From the NCBI GenBank assembly GCA_950097015.1, contig CATNEN010000039.1:4960001-5024000 (forward strand): DNA of 64,000 bases, written 5' to 3'. Position 1 is the stretch's first letter. The number at the start of each line of letters is the position of its first letter. The position numbers and the translations under genes were made by a program. Below the pieces are notes generated by a model. It saw only the letters and a program-made list of their open reading frames with translations, had not been told where the DNA came from and ran no database searches. This stretch comes from Macrostomum hystrix. Taxonomy: Eukaryota > Animalia > Platyhelminthes. Positions 49,811 to 61,835 of the stretch are shown one piece after another.

Positions 49811-50989
49811 TGGGATTTCAGGACAAAAATCTTCGAGCTCGTGTCTGGCTGCTTATCCCGACTCAAGCAAAGCTTTCTTGAGTTTTGCTTGATGCAATGC
49901 GGATCGCTTGTTGCATGTTTGTACTCGTAAGGGGTAAGGGGAGGGATAGTTAACAGTAGAAATACCACGGAGTATTTCAAATACCCAAATATAGCTTTTA
50001 TCTGTCTCTCCCAAAATAATTAACCAATAGCCATGAAAATAGAAGTTTATACAGAGGAATGCTAGTTGTTATTTTCGCCAGGGTCTTCCACAAGAATGGC
50101 TGAACATCTCGACAATGCTGACTCGGACGGCTTTGAAAATTAATTCATCATCAAGCGCGGAAATTTTTGATTGATCCCAAGCGCGGTTTGGGATCTATCT
50201 TGAAGTGATTGGAAAATGCTCCAGCACCCACAGCCGTACCTGTTTATAAGAATTTAACTTTATTTTTTATTATAGATTTCACGCTCTACATTTGAAGGTT
50301 ACAGTTAGCGACAAAACAAGGCACATGCCTGTTCTATGTGACGCTATCTGATCCTGTTGACGGCCGCGACGTCAAAACTTTCCACAAACAAATGAAGAAA
50401 ACATGCTCGTGGTTGTGTTCTGTAAACCGCTTCCATATTCTTTTATGAAAGTTTATGGCAAATCATTGCTTAAACAAAAAAATAGAATATCTAAGCTGTT
50501 GGAGCATTATAATGTTATGTCATCATCTCATTGGTATTTGTTTTAAGTAGCGTTTCTTTTATTTTTTGTTGAAGAAAAAAGACTAAAGCATAACTGTGCC
50601 TTATTGTTCCTTGCTTGAAAACGGAATTATTATCTTTATTCTTTAAGCGTACCTTCTCTATGATTAGCTGACTTATCAAACAGATCAATAATAATAACTG
50701 TTAATACTATATAGATGATATCTATTTTCTGTAGTCCTTATTATTCTCAAAACACGAGAAATTTTAACTTTAAGGCCTGCCAGTACTCAGTTGTAAGGCT
50801 TAAAAAATAAACAAAGATAAACAATGACAATTGTGCCTTACAACAGCCTGGCTTCTTTCATAAAAATTAAATGGCTATCAAAAGTATTGACACTTTGATC
50901 TCACATCTTTCATTTCAGTCTTTGCTGCAGCCTCTGAACAAGCTAGAGCTAGTACAGTGCGAACCGACAGAGTAGAGTAGACCATCGCA

Positions 50990-51650
50990 CTATCAACTAT
51001 CCAGCTAATTGACCAATCAAACTATCAACTATCCAGCTAATTGACCAATCAAACTATCAACTATCCAGCTAATTGACCAATCAAACTATCAACTATCCAG
51101 CTAATTGACCAATCAAACTATCAACTTTCCAGATAATTGACCAATCAAACTATCATCTGTCCAGCTAATTGACCAAATCAACGTATCATCTATCCAGCCA
51201 ATTGACCAAATCAACGTATCATCTATCCAGCTAATTGACCAATCAAACTATCAACTATCCAGCTAATTGACCAATCAAACTATCAACTATCCAGCTAATT
51301 GACCAATCAAACTATCAACTATCCAGCTAATTGACCAATCAAACTATCAACTATCCAGCTAATTGACTAATCAGATTGTCAACTTTCCAGATAATTGACC
51401 AATCAAACTATCAACTATCCAGCTAATTGACCAATCAAACTATCAACTATCCAGCTAATTGACCAATCAAACTATCAACTATCCAGCTAATTGACCAATC
51501 AAACTATCAACTATCCAGCTAATTGACCAATCAAACTATCAACTTTCCAGATAATTGACCAATCAAACTATCATCTGTCCAGCTAATTGACCAAATCAAC
51601 GTATCATCTATCCAGCCAATTGACCAAATCAACGTATTACCTATCCAGCT
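50990..51650. repeat. 32-bp minisatellite directly upstream of ABHD copy B
   Basis: CCAGCTAATTGACCAATCAAACTATCAACTAT units. Confidence 0.95.
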
Positions 51651-51672
51651 GGATAGTTGCCGGATAGTTGCT

Positions 51673-54600
51673 ATGGCATCGCAGCCCTCATTCTCAGTCG
51701 AGACTCCGGCAGAGGCTTTGCCCACCATCAACAAAACCAGCATGTCAGACTCGAAGTCAGCTGATGGCGTCAATGCAGGCGCCCTGCTGGTACACGAGAC
51801 CTGCAGCGCAGTGTCCAGCAGTCAATCCTGGCTGCCGAACAACTGGCGACCAACGTCCTCATTCTCGCTCGCCTACGCCGAAGCTCTTGTCCTGAATCGT
51901 AAGCATTGAATTGATCATTTCACATGAAATGATTGTTAAGTTGAAGAATTTCCACTAGATTTGCCACAACACCCAATATAGGCATCACCGACTGCACCCT
52001 GGATGCCAAATTTGTCATGCTCCCCTGCGGCGCCGAGATTCGAACCCTGCGCGCTCTAGCCCGGCCAGACGATGTTGAATATGTTCAGCGGACTCCCCTA
52101 CTGCTGCTGCACGGCATGGGGGCCGCAGTGGGCTTTTGGTGCCGCAACATCAGCCCGCTGTGCCAGCAGCGCCCAGTCTATGCCATAGACATTCTGGGCT
52201 TCGGCCGCAGCAGCCGGGTGCCGTTCCCATTGGACCCCGAGGCGTGCGAGTCTCGCTTTGTTGACTCCATCGAGCAGTGGCGCGTGTCCGCCGGCCTGCC
52301 CGAAGGTCTCCTGGTGGTTGGCCACAGTTTTGGTGGCTACCTGGCGTTCTGCTTCGCGGCTCGCTATCCGGCCTCGGTGGCCCACCTGCTGCTGGCCGAC
52401 CCGTGGGGCATGCTGGCTCCTCCGGCTGACTACCAGCCGCCGCAGCTGCTGCGCCGTGTGGCCTCCGTCATGGACTACTGGCGCCTGGATCCCCTGGACT
52501 TGCTGCGCGCCGCAGGTCCTTTCGGCCCCGGCCTGGTGCGCCGGCTGCGGGGCGACCTGCGCGGATTCTTCCAGGACGCCAACGAGGACGCCGGCGGTGG
52601 AGGCGGTTCAACAGATCAGGACGCTGGAGTTGACAACGACGGCCGGGGTGGCGCCGCCGCGCTGTTAGACAGAAAAGGCGCAGCTGCTGACGGCGGAGAG
52701 GAGATTCTGGACTATGTGTACCACTGCAATGCACAGGTTTGGCAAAATCAAAAATCATCAATGTCATTCGACTCACAGCCAGCGAGGAGGCAATGCTGCC
52801 CATTCCGCTGACTCCTGTGCACACACGCACACAGATACCGTACGCAGGCAGATACTGCATAGGGATTGCACAGAATTGCACAACAAGCCCCGAGCCTTCT
52901 CTCCGCGGCTGCGCCCGGCCAGTTGAATTCCAAGGCCTCTCCGCGGAATCGATCTTAAATCCCACCATCTTAGATCCCATCATCTTAAATCCCATCATCT
53001 TAAATCCCACCATCTTAATTCCCACCATCTTAATTCCCACCATCTTAAATCCCACCATCTTAAATCCCACCATCTTAAATCCCACCATCTTAAATCCCAT
53101 CATCTTAAATCCCACCACCTTAATTCCCACCATCTTAAATCCCACCATCTTAAATCCCACCATCTTAATTCCCAACATCTTAAATCCCACCATCTTAAAT
53201 CCCACCATCTTAAATCCCACCATCTTAAATCCCACCATCTTAGATCCCACCATCTTAAATCCCACCATCTTAAATCCCACCATCTTAAATCCCATCATCT
53301 TAAATCCCACCATCTTAATTCCCACCATCTTAGATCCCACCATCTTAAATCCCACCATCTTAAATCCCACCATCTTAAATCCCATCATCTTAAATCCCAC
53401 CATCTTAATTCCCACCATCTTAGATCCCACCATCTTAAATCCCACCATCTTAGATCCCATCATCTTAAATCCCACCATCTTAATTCCCACCATCTTAATT
53501 CCCACCATCTTAAATCCCACCATCTTAATTCCCAACATCTTAAATCCCACCATCTTAATTCCCAACATCTTAATTCCCACCATCTTAATTCCCACCATCT
53601 TAATTCCCACCACCTTAAATCCCACCATCTTAGATCCCATCATCTTAAATCCCACCATCTTCAATCCCACCATCTTAATTCCCACCATCTTAATTCCCAC
53701 CATCTTAATTCCCACCACCTTAAATCCCACCATCTTAGATCCCATCATCTTAAATCCCACCATCTTAAATCCCACCATCTTAGATCCCATCATCTTAAAT
53801 CCCACCATCTTAAATCCCACCATCTTAATTCCCACCACCTTAATTCCTACCACCTTAAATCCCACCATCTTAGATCCCATCATCTTAAATCCCACCATCT
53901 TCAATCCCACCATCTTAATTCCCACCATCTTAATTCCCACCATCTTAATTCCCACCACCTTAAATCCCACCATCTTAGATCCCATCATCTTAAATCCCAC
54001 CATCTTAAATCCCACCATCTTAGATCCCATCATCTTAAATCCCACCATCTTAAATCCCACCATCTTAATTCCCACCATCTTAATTCCCACCACCTTAAAT
54101 CCCACCATCTTAGATCCCATCATCTTAGATCCCATCATCTTAAATCCCATCATCTTAAATCCCACCATCTTCAATCCCACCATCTTAATTCCCACCATCT
54201 TAATTCCCACCATCTTAATTCCCACCACCTTAAATCCCGCCATCTTAGAACCCATCCTAAATCTCACCAGAGAACCCATCCTAATTCTCACCATAGACCC
54301 CATCCTAAATCTCAACATAGACCCCATCCTAAATCCCGCCATAGACCCCATCTTAAATCCCACCATATAGTCCCCATCCTATATCCCACCATAGTCCCCA
54401 TCCTAAATCCCACCACAGTCCCCATCCTAATTCTCACCATAGACCCCATACGAAATCTCGCCGACGATTCAATTCGAATTCCAAATATGAATCGCATCTA
54501 GAGTCCCATCCAAATTCTTTCCACGGATCCCATCCTAATCACATCCTAAATCCGACGTTGGATTCCATATGCATCCCTAACTTGCAACCCCATCCTTCTG

Positions 54601-55674
54601 GGGATTCCATATGCATCCCTAACTTGCAGCCCCATCCTTCTGGGGATTCCATATGCATCCCTAACTTGCAGCCCCATCCTTCTGGGGATTCCATATACAT
54701 CCCTAACTTGCAGCCCCATCCTTCTGGGGATTCCATATGCATCCCTAACTTGCAGCCCCATCCTTCTGGGGATTCCATATACATCCCTAACTTGCAGCCC
54801 CATCCTTCTGGGGATTCCATATGCATCCCTAACTTGCAGCCCCATCCTTCTGGGGATTCCATATACATCCCTAACTTGCAGCCCCATCCTTCTGGGGATT
54901 CCATATACATCCCTAACTTGCAGCCCCATCCTTCTGGGGATTCCATATACATCCCTAACTTGCAGCCCCATCCTTCTGGGGATTCCATATACATCTCTAA
55001 CTTGCAGCCCCATCCTTCTGGGGATTCCATATACATCCCTAACTTGCAGCCCCATCCTTCTGGGGATTCCATATACATCCCTAACTTGCAGCCCCATCCT
55101 TCTGGGGATTCCATATACATCCCTAACTTGCAGCCCCATCCTTCTGGGGATTCCATATACATCCCTAACTTGCAGCCCCATCCTTCTGGGGATTCCATAT
55201 GCATCCCTAACTTGCAGCCCCATCCTTCTGGGGATTCCATATACATCCCTAACTTGCAGCCCCATCCTTCTGGGGATTCCATATACATCCCTAACTTGCA
55301 GGTCCACTGGATCTCATTGTCATCCCAATTTAGAATTTCATTTTTTCCCCTGCCAGGTTCCCAGCGGCGAGACTGGGTTTCGCCGACTGTCCCACATGAT
55401 CGCCTTCGCTCGCTTCCCTGGCCTGCCGCGCATTCAGCAGCTGTCCCCGGCGCTGCCCCTGACTGTTCTGTTTGGCGGCCGGTCGCGGCTCTACCGTCTG
55501 GAGCGAGCCCGCGGCGAGCCTAACATCGGCGAGAAGCTTCGGGCAGCCAGAACGACCTGCAGCTCTGTGGCTGTCCGCGTGTACGAACTGCCTCTCTGCG
55601 GGCATCACATCTATGCCGAGGATTGGCGCAATTTCAACAGCTACATTCTTGAAGCCTTTAAAGGCCACGACTAG
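51673..55674 (+). CDS. ABHD4: ABHD4/ABHD5-like alpha/beta hydrolase, copy B; join(51673..51898, 51982..52736, 55357..55674)
   Basis: Same motifs as copy A (GHSFGGY, YHCNAQ|VPSGETGF, HHIYAED); GT-AG junctions in frame. Confidence 0.88.
52757..52952 (-). mobile_element. Internally deleted SINE family A copy in ABHD-B intron 2
   Basis: CAGCCAGCGAGGAGGCAAT...GCCTTCTCTCCGCGGCTGCGCCC...GCGGAATCGA matches the other copies. Confidence 0.82.
52953..54450. repeat. 15-bp minisatellite (CTTAAATCCCACCAT) grading into a 24-bp unit, ABHD-B intron 2
   Basis: About 86 visible 15-mers to about 54245, then CCCCATCCTAAATCCCACCATAGA-like units. Confidence 0.96.
54560..55300. repeat. 33-bp minisatellite, ABHD-B intron 2
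   Basis: GGGATTCCATAT(A/G)CATCCCTAACTTGCAGCCCCATCCTTCT-type units. Confidence 0.96.
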
Positions 55675-57119
55675 AAATTTAAAAGCGAAAGTACAGAAAA
55701 AGCGCTCAAGTTGTTTTTATTTCCTCGGTCGAAATGATTTGATTTGTTGCTATTTTTAGAAACGCGATTTTAGGATGTTTCCACGAAACTCGTACAAGCG
55801 ATTTCTCTTCCGCTTTCTTCTGTAAAGGAAGAAATCAAATAAATTATTTTTAACCGATATAGAAGACGAAATATTATAGCTAACACAACATGCAATAGCG
55901 CATTTAAATGCTGTGTACATCTGTTCAGTCCATGGACTGGAGGAATCTACACCGTGCACCCAAGCTAATTTTGGTTCCAATTTTATAAATGAACGAATAG
56001 GGAATTAAGTGTCTTCCTAGAGGTCACAAATTACTTTCTTTGAGCGAAGATTCGAACTCGCGACCTTTCGATGAGCTCTAAAATACGGCCTGTAAGCACG
56101 CTTCAAGCCTATTTTATCTAGTTATCTATTTGTAAGAGTTACTTAAGAATACTTCAGAATTAAGAAAAGAGACATTTCAGCAATCAATTATTTTCCAACT
56201 CTGTTTTCGTTTTAGATGTATTTTTTTATCTACAATTTTGTTTTGTTTCGTTATAGAAGCTTAGATTTTTGCTCTGCAGGATTGTAAATTATGTTTGTGC
56301 TACTCTTTTGACTTACTCATAGTAGAATAGAAGTATAATAGACAGGGTACCAATTGCAAGGTTCTTTATTAGGTTAATCCAGTCTTTGTTGCTACCGAAG
56401 GAGGGCATTGGCATAATCTACACGCTTTAATCATTCGTCCGTTGTCAATCTTCTGTGCACATAGACACCAAAGTCTTCCTGTATATAGGGAATCAATTTT
56501 GCACTAATTTTTTTCTACTGATTTATAGCTTTCTAATTCCGTTTTTCTTAATTTTAGTTCTGATGTGACATGTGTGCTTGACTATTGCAGTAGAGCTGTT
56601 TGCTGGTTAGTCTAAGTGTGCAGCATCAGATCCACATCATAATATGTTCAGATTCCGTTAATTAACCTCGAATATTAGTTATAAAACAGAAAATTAAGTC
56701 ACGAATCAATTGAAAATAACTAAATACATTTTGCTTCATCCGTTGAGCAATTCGTCCTCACTACTAACAGTAGTGGTCCTTAATTATTGATTTTGCAAAG
56801 CAACGATCATGGCTGTACATAAATAGAAATTCCATGGCATTAAACTATTCAATTGTCCCTTTCTTATTAACTTTTCAAAAAAATTATTCGATTTTTATTT
56901 TAATGATCGTTCAACTATATTGTACCGTGACTACGTGGCTATCGGGCGGGCTGATATTCGATGATTGCCATAGACGATGTCATTTTGACCCGAAAAGTTG
57001 GGCCGATAATGGATTATTTTTGTGTATTTCAACGTATTTCAACAAGATAAACAAAACATCAAACAAAGCAGTTAGAGTCTACAGCCAAAGTCGAATTTCG
57101 CAAAGCGACTTTTTTGCAC

Positions 57120-58423
57120 TCACATATAAACGTAACATTTAGCCCCGTTCTTCTCCAAAACGATCGTCGGGGTGGATTTATCAGGCTGGCCAATAGTTGT
57201 GACGGCAGTTGGAACGCTGGATGACTTTTCGCAGAGTGCTTGTGCTTGATGACTGACCACGCTCGACGTAGAGGCATGTAGACTATATGTGATAGCCGAA
57301 GACAATGCGCGCTTCTGGGCCACCGTTGTCCGCTTTGTATAACGGACAACACTATCCACCTTTTTGTGCCCAGAGACGGTTTGAATCGCTTCGGCACTGA
57401 ATCCAGCAGAGGACAGGTTTGTTATGGTTGTTGCGCGGATCGAATGGTTGGTGTAGTCCCGCGAGAGCCTGGCCGCTTTCGAGATCGTCTTCATCATGCT
57501 GGCCAATGTGTTCTTGCCCAATACATCCTTTGGGCAATACCATGCTCCATTCTGCCACTTGACGGCAGGCCTGGGAAACAGAGAGCCGTTCTCAGATGGA
57601 AGCTTCGAAAGATACAGTTTGATCCCTTCAACTGGGCACACAGATTTGTCTTGCACAGGAAAAATCCCAATCTCCCGATTGGACCGAGGGGCATCGGCGG
57701 ACACACACTTTTCTTTCTTTTCTTTCTGCTACGAGCGTAGTCAACGCACGTCATACCTCCGGTGGATTCCCGCAGAATGAAATCTTTTTTCTCAAGCGCT
57801 CGAATCCATTCACGTCCACGAAAGGCAAATTAAAGTGCGAGCTCAGGACAAAGAAGACTTCCTGTTGCAGTTTCTGTGGCGAGCTCCGGTCAAAGTACGC
57901 ATGCAACAACGCCAAATCTTCAGGCTCCAATGCTCGATACCCACCGTCACCATCCATCACCGAAACAGGCTTCTTCAGTGAGTACGTAAGAGCAGCTTTG
58001 AAAGTCTTCTCAAAAGCGCTAAATTCAACATTGCCGATGATATCCAAACCTCGTAAATTCTTCAAATACCGGTAGATTCCTGCGCGCATGCATACCAGCG
58101 AACTGAAACTGTACGCCGTTCCATCATCCTTTTTAACCACCGAAAAATACAGGCGCAGATAGTGACATAAATATTGTCTCAAGTTGCGATGGCAGTCCTC
58201 GATCGTCAAGACATTTTCGGAAACGAGCGGCGTACGAAGCTGTTGCCTTCTCAGTAGACCAGACTTTGCCTAAGTCCTCCATCTTGGCAATTTCATTCAG
58301 GTCTTCGTCAGTCAAAGCCTTACAAGTGAACACTTCAGCCAGAAAACTCTCAATCATTTCCGTCTTAAGTACTGGCAGTCCCGTGGACTGATATACAAGC
58401 TTCTTCCTCGCGCCGTCCATCAC
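57120..58423 (-). mobile_element. Crypton-type (DUF3504/ZMYM-KCTD1-related) tyrosine-recombinase DNA transposon, frameshifted
   Basis: Consecutive frames give LRLYFSVVKKDDGTAYSFSSLVCMRAGIYRYL, FAFRGREW (catalytic R, shifted frame near 57825), CPVEGIKLYLSKLP, and YTNHSIRAT...SGHKKVDSVVRY (H-x-x-R, H, Y). Frameshifts near 58175, 57830 and 57715. Confidence 0.85.
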
Positions 58424-58970
58424 TAAGCGTGGTCACGAATTGAAGTTCGTCCGATGAGAGACCAGCCCCTATCGCTCTCGCGCTGCAATAACATTAACAC
58501 TCAGAAAATAGTGCAGAAAAAGCATTGCTATGTGCTTTAGTCTATGGGTATTAACCGCGAGGAACAGAGTGAGAAGAGGCCCACTTACTACCATAGACAA
58601 AAATGTTTGACTAAGCAATTTCTTGAACTTCTTTTCTCCTAAAATTTACGACATCAACGCATATCCTACATGCGTTTTAATGTCAAGTGCATAGCAGTGT
58701 GCAATAACATTAGCTGACAATAAACAAGCGAGTCGTGATTGGCTACGATTTTAACAGTACATCAGAATGAAGAAGTCTGTGCACAGTGGCCTAAAAATGT
58801 TGATTATAGTCAGAAAGCAGAGGAAAAATACGTATATAATAAATGCGTTTAAAATATGAGGAAAATTGTACCCTTTTTAGGCCAGAACATTTCAAGGTCA
58901 CTGGATCGAGAGTCGAACTCCCGACCACTCAATGAAAAAATACGAAAATCTTATCGCTGCCGTTGCTGCC

Positions 58971-60623
58971 TCACCGATCGCAGGCGGATGGCAAGCTGGA
59001 GGCGACCAGCGCCGAGAGCTGATCAGCCAATTGCCGGCTCTGCAGCTGCTCACAGATTGTTAAGACTGAGTCTCCAGTTTCGTCCACTGCTAGAAGGCAC
59101 TCCGGCCCCAGCTCTGTCACGAGCCACTCCAGCGCCGAACTGTTCCAATCGTTGCTGGCCGCGCAGTGCGCAACGCTCCTGCTTTTGCGGCCCTTCAGCT
59201 GGAAGAATCTTTCACCTCGCATGGCCTCCTTGATCAGCTGCATGGATTCAGCGGTGCGACATTCTGCAGCAACGTGAACGACAGTGTCGCCGGAGTCGTC
59301 CCGGTCAGTGAGACAGTCTGGCTCGAGTTCACTCACAAGCCAGTGAAATGCTGAGCTACTGTACTCATTGCGTGCAGCGCAGTGCATTGCAGTCCTATTG
59401 TGCATTCCTCTCAGCTTGAAGCCGTGAATGCCGTTCATGCTCTGTTTGATCAGCCGCATTGAGCCTTCTCGCTGAAATTCGGCTGCTATGTGAATAACTG
59501 TGTCATTATTGGCATCTCTCTCGATGAGACAATCGGGCCCAAGCTCGTTCACCAGCCATTCAAGCGTCGAGTTGCCAGTTTGATTAAAAGCTGCGCTATG
59601 AGCCACGGTGCGGCCGAAATTCCTCTTCAGCTTGAAGCATTGAATGTCATTGAATTTGTCTTTGATAAACTGCATTGTTCTAGCAGTCTGCATCTCTGCC
59701 AAATTGTGGATCACTGTACAGTTGCTATCGTCCCTCACTGTCAGGCAGTCGGGTCCCAGCTCTTCAACCAGCCACTCCAGCACCGAGCTGTTTAACTTAT
59801 TGAAGGCAGCGCTGTGTACCACAGTCCTGCCGTTAACTCCTCGGAGTTTGAAGCACTCCACTCCGCACAAACTCTCTTTGATGAATCGCATCACGTCGGG
59901 GTTCTGATGCTCCGCACAGAGGTGAATGACAGTGTTTTGATTGACATCTCTGTCGGTGAGGCAGTCGGGACCCAACTCTCTCACGAGCCACACGAGGGCT
60001 GAGTCGGTTGCATTGTGAGCTGCGCAGTGAACGGCGGTCATGCCGAGCATGCCTCTCAGCTTGAAGCCTTGGAGTCCGCCCAACTTCTCTTTGATGAACT
60101 CCATCATCTCCGACGTCTGATATCTGGCGGCAACGTGGATCGCTGTGTCTCCATTTGCGGCCCGCTCTGTGAGACAGTTTGTACCGAGCTCGGTCACCAG
60201 CCACTGGAATGCCGAGCCGCCTTCGCTGCCATTGCTAGCAGCTGCGGTTAGCGCAGATTTCAAGTTGAATGCAGTTTGGAGCTTTCGCTTGAAGAACTCC
60301 ATGGAGGCCGCAGTCTGGCTGGCGGCCGCTAGGTGGACGACCGTCTGTCCGCGGGCGTCGGTCAGTGCAAGCGTTGCCTCGCCCAGACACTCGACCACAG
60401 CTTGCAGAGCTGCTAGTCCGTCAACATCCTGAGCTGCAGCAAAAATGACGCATTTAGCCATTGAGCTTACTCCGAGATTGGTGGTCTGCTTCTTCAGAAA
60501 TAGCAGCAATTTTTCCGTCTCGATTGAGTCTGCAGCCGCAACAGCCCTTTTGATTTGATGGTACAACTGCTCAGGACTAGGCGCTAATTGTCTGTATTCT
60601 TCAGCTGACTCACATGTGCTCAT
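58971..60623 (-). CDS. Intronless ankyrin-repeat protein, 550 aa
   Basis: Repeated GxTxxHxAA motifs in a two-ankyrin unit of about 72 aa (WLVxELGPDCL / FKLRG). Acceptor TTTTTTTTCTAG 7 nt upstream of the ATG. Confidence 0.88.
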   Translation of the reverse strand: MSTCESAEEYRQLAPSPEQLYHQIKRAVAAADSIETEKLLLFLKKQTTNLGVSSMAKCVIFAAAQDVDGLAALQAVVECLGEATLALTDARGQTVVHLAAASQTAASMEFFKRKLQTAFNLKSALTAAASNGSEGGSAFQWLVTELGTNCLTERAANGDTAIHVAARYQTSEMMEFIKEKLGGLQGFKLRGMLGMTAVHCAAHNATDSALVWLVRELGPDCLTDRDVNQNTVIHLCAEHQNPDVMRFIKESLCGVECFKLRGVNGRTVVHSAAFNKLNSSVLEWLVEELGPDCLTVRDDSNCTVIHNLAEMQTARTMQFIKDKFNDIQCFKLKRNFGRTVAHSAAFNQTGNSTLEWLVNELGPDCLIERDANNDTVIHIAAEFQREGSMRLIKQSMNGIHGFKLRGMHNRTAMHCAARNEYSSSAFHWLVSELEPDCLTDRDDSGDTVVHVAAECRTAESMQLIKEAMRGERFFQLKGRKSRSVAHCAASNDWNSSALEWLVTELGPECLLAVDETGDSVLTICEQLQSRQLADQLSALVASSLPSACDR

Positions 60624-61835
60624 GATTAGGCTAGAAAAAAAACAGATCGTACCAATGACTAAATATTACAAAATTCAAAATGATATGTTCAATATTATTG
60701 TGATTTGGAAATATAGCTTTATTTAAACATTTATTTAAACGTTCGAAATCTAATATTTGAAATAAATTATGCATACGAGCATAGTATCCATCTAACAATA
60801 CATATTTACAATTTGAGGATCCTAAAAATAAAAACTAGTGATCAACATTTAAGAAGCGGTTTTATTTAGAAGTATAACATAAAACTAAATCTGATTAATC
60901 AGTTTAAAAATCGTCTTTTAATTTATAATCATACTCTGTTATGGCACTGAAGAGATGTTTTATTTTATTTAGACAAAAAATAGGTACCAATTTTATGTTG
61001 ATTGTGTCGTAGACGAACAAGTTTGAACGCTTCAAAACTATATATATTAAGGCATATACTTAGATATATACATAAATATTCTTATTATTCCATTAGAAAA
61101 TATATGTTTTAAGTGTAACAAATTTTTAGCATGAAGAAGGAAAACTACAGCAATATAATTATCAATATTTTAATAAGCAATAAATGTAAAACTTTCGTAT
61201 CGTCAACTGCGAAGAATACATTTCTAGGAACAAAAAACATGCATATATACATTAGTGAATTCAGAACTAAAGTCTATATATAGCACAGTAGTTTTTAAGG
61301 ATAAAATAGATGTAATTAATTATAAATAAAGCAGGTTAAAATAAAAAGACAACGCCATAAAAACTCTGCAAATTAACTGAAATACAAATTTTATACAGAA
61401 TCACAGATAAAAGAGAAAAAATGTACTTACTTTTTTTGTTTTTATAAAGTATAAACAAAAATGCAACAATCCCAAAAAGGTTTGTTATAATTTAAAACCA
61501 AAATTTTACACTGATCTACTTTACTATGCCGTTGACTATTTTTTTACTAATATTTTTACGTCGTGATTACCTGCTATAATATTTTGGAAGATTACCAATT
61601 AATTCCAGTAGGGAACTATCCGTGTACATGCATGAAAAACTGTTTCTGCTAAGTGCAATGCGATCAAAGCGATCGAAGCAATACATATTGTTTTGGTTTT
61701 ACTAAATGACGACTGGAGTAACATATATATTCTACGTGGCCCTCGGTTGTACTGAGACGCCTAATAATTATTAACTTTGCAAATTTGTCCATCCGCAGCG
61801 TAAAAACTCAATGGCAAATATTCATTCGCACTAGC

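Noticed and set aside
1-55300. CRISPR arrays suggested by 28-37 bp repeats
   Set aside because: Units are head-to-tail with no unique spacers, there are no cas genes, and the context is eukaryotic introns
52468-55523. NPTIL/MVGFK and DSIYIPNLQPHPSG repeat ORFs
   Set aside because: Minisatellites inside ABHD-B intron 2; the flanking exons join in frame without them
56759-56778. Hairpin CACTACT-AAC-AGTAGTG as a Helitron end
   Set aside because: Short stem, no CTRR terminus at the expected distance and no other Helitron features
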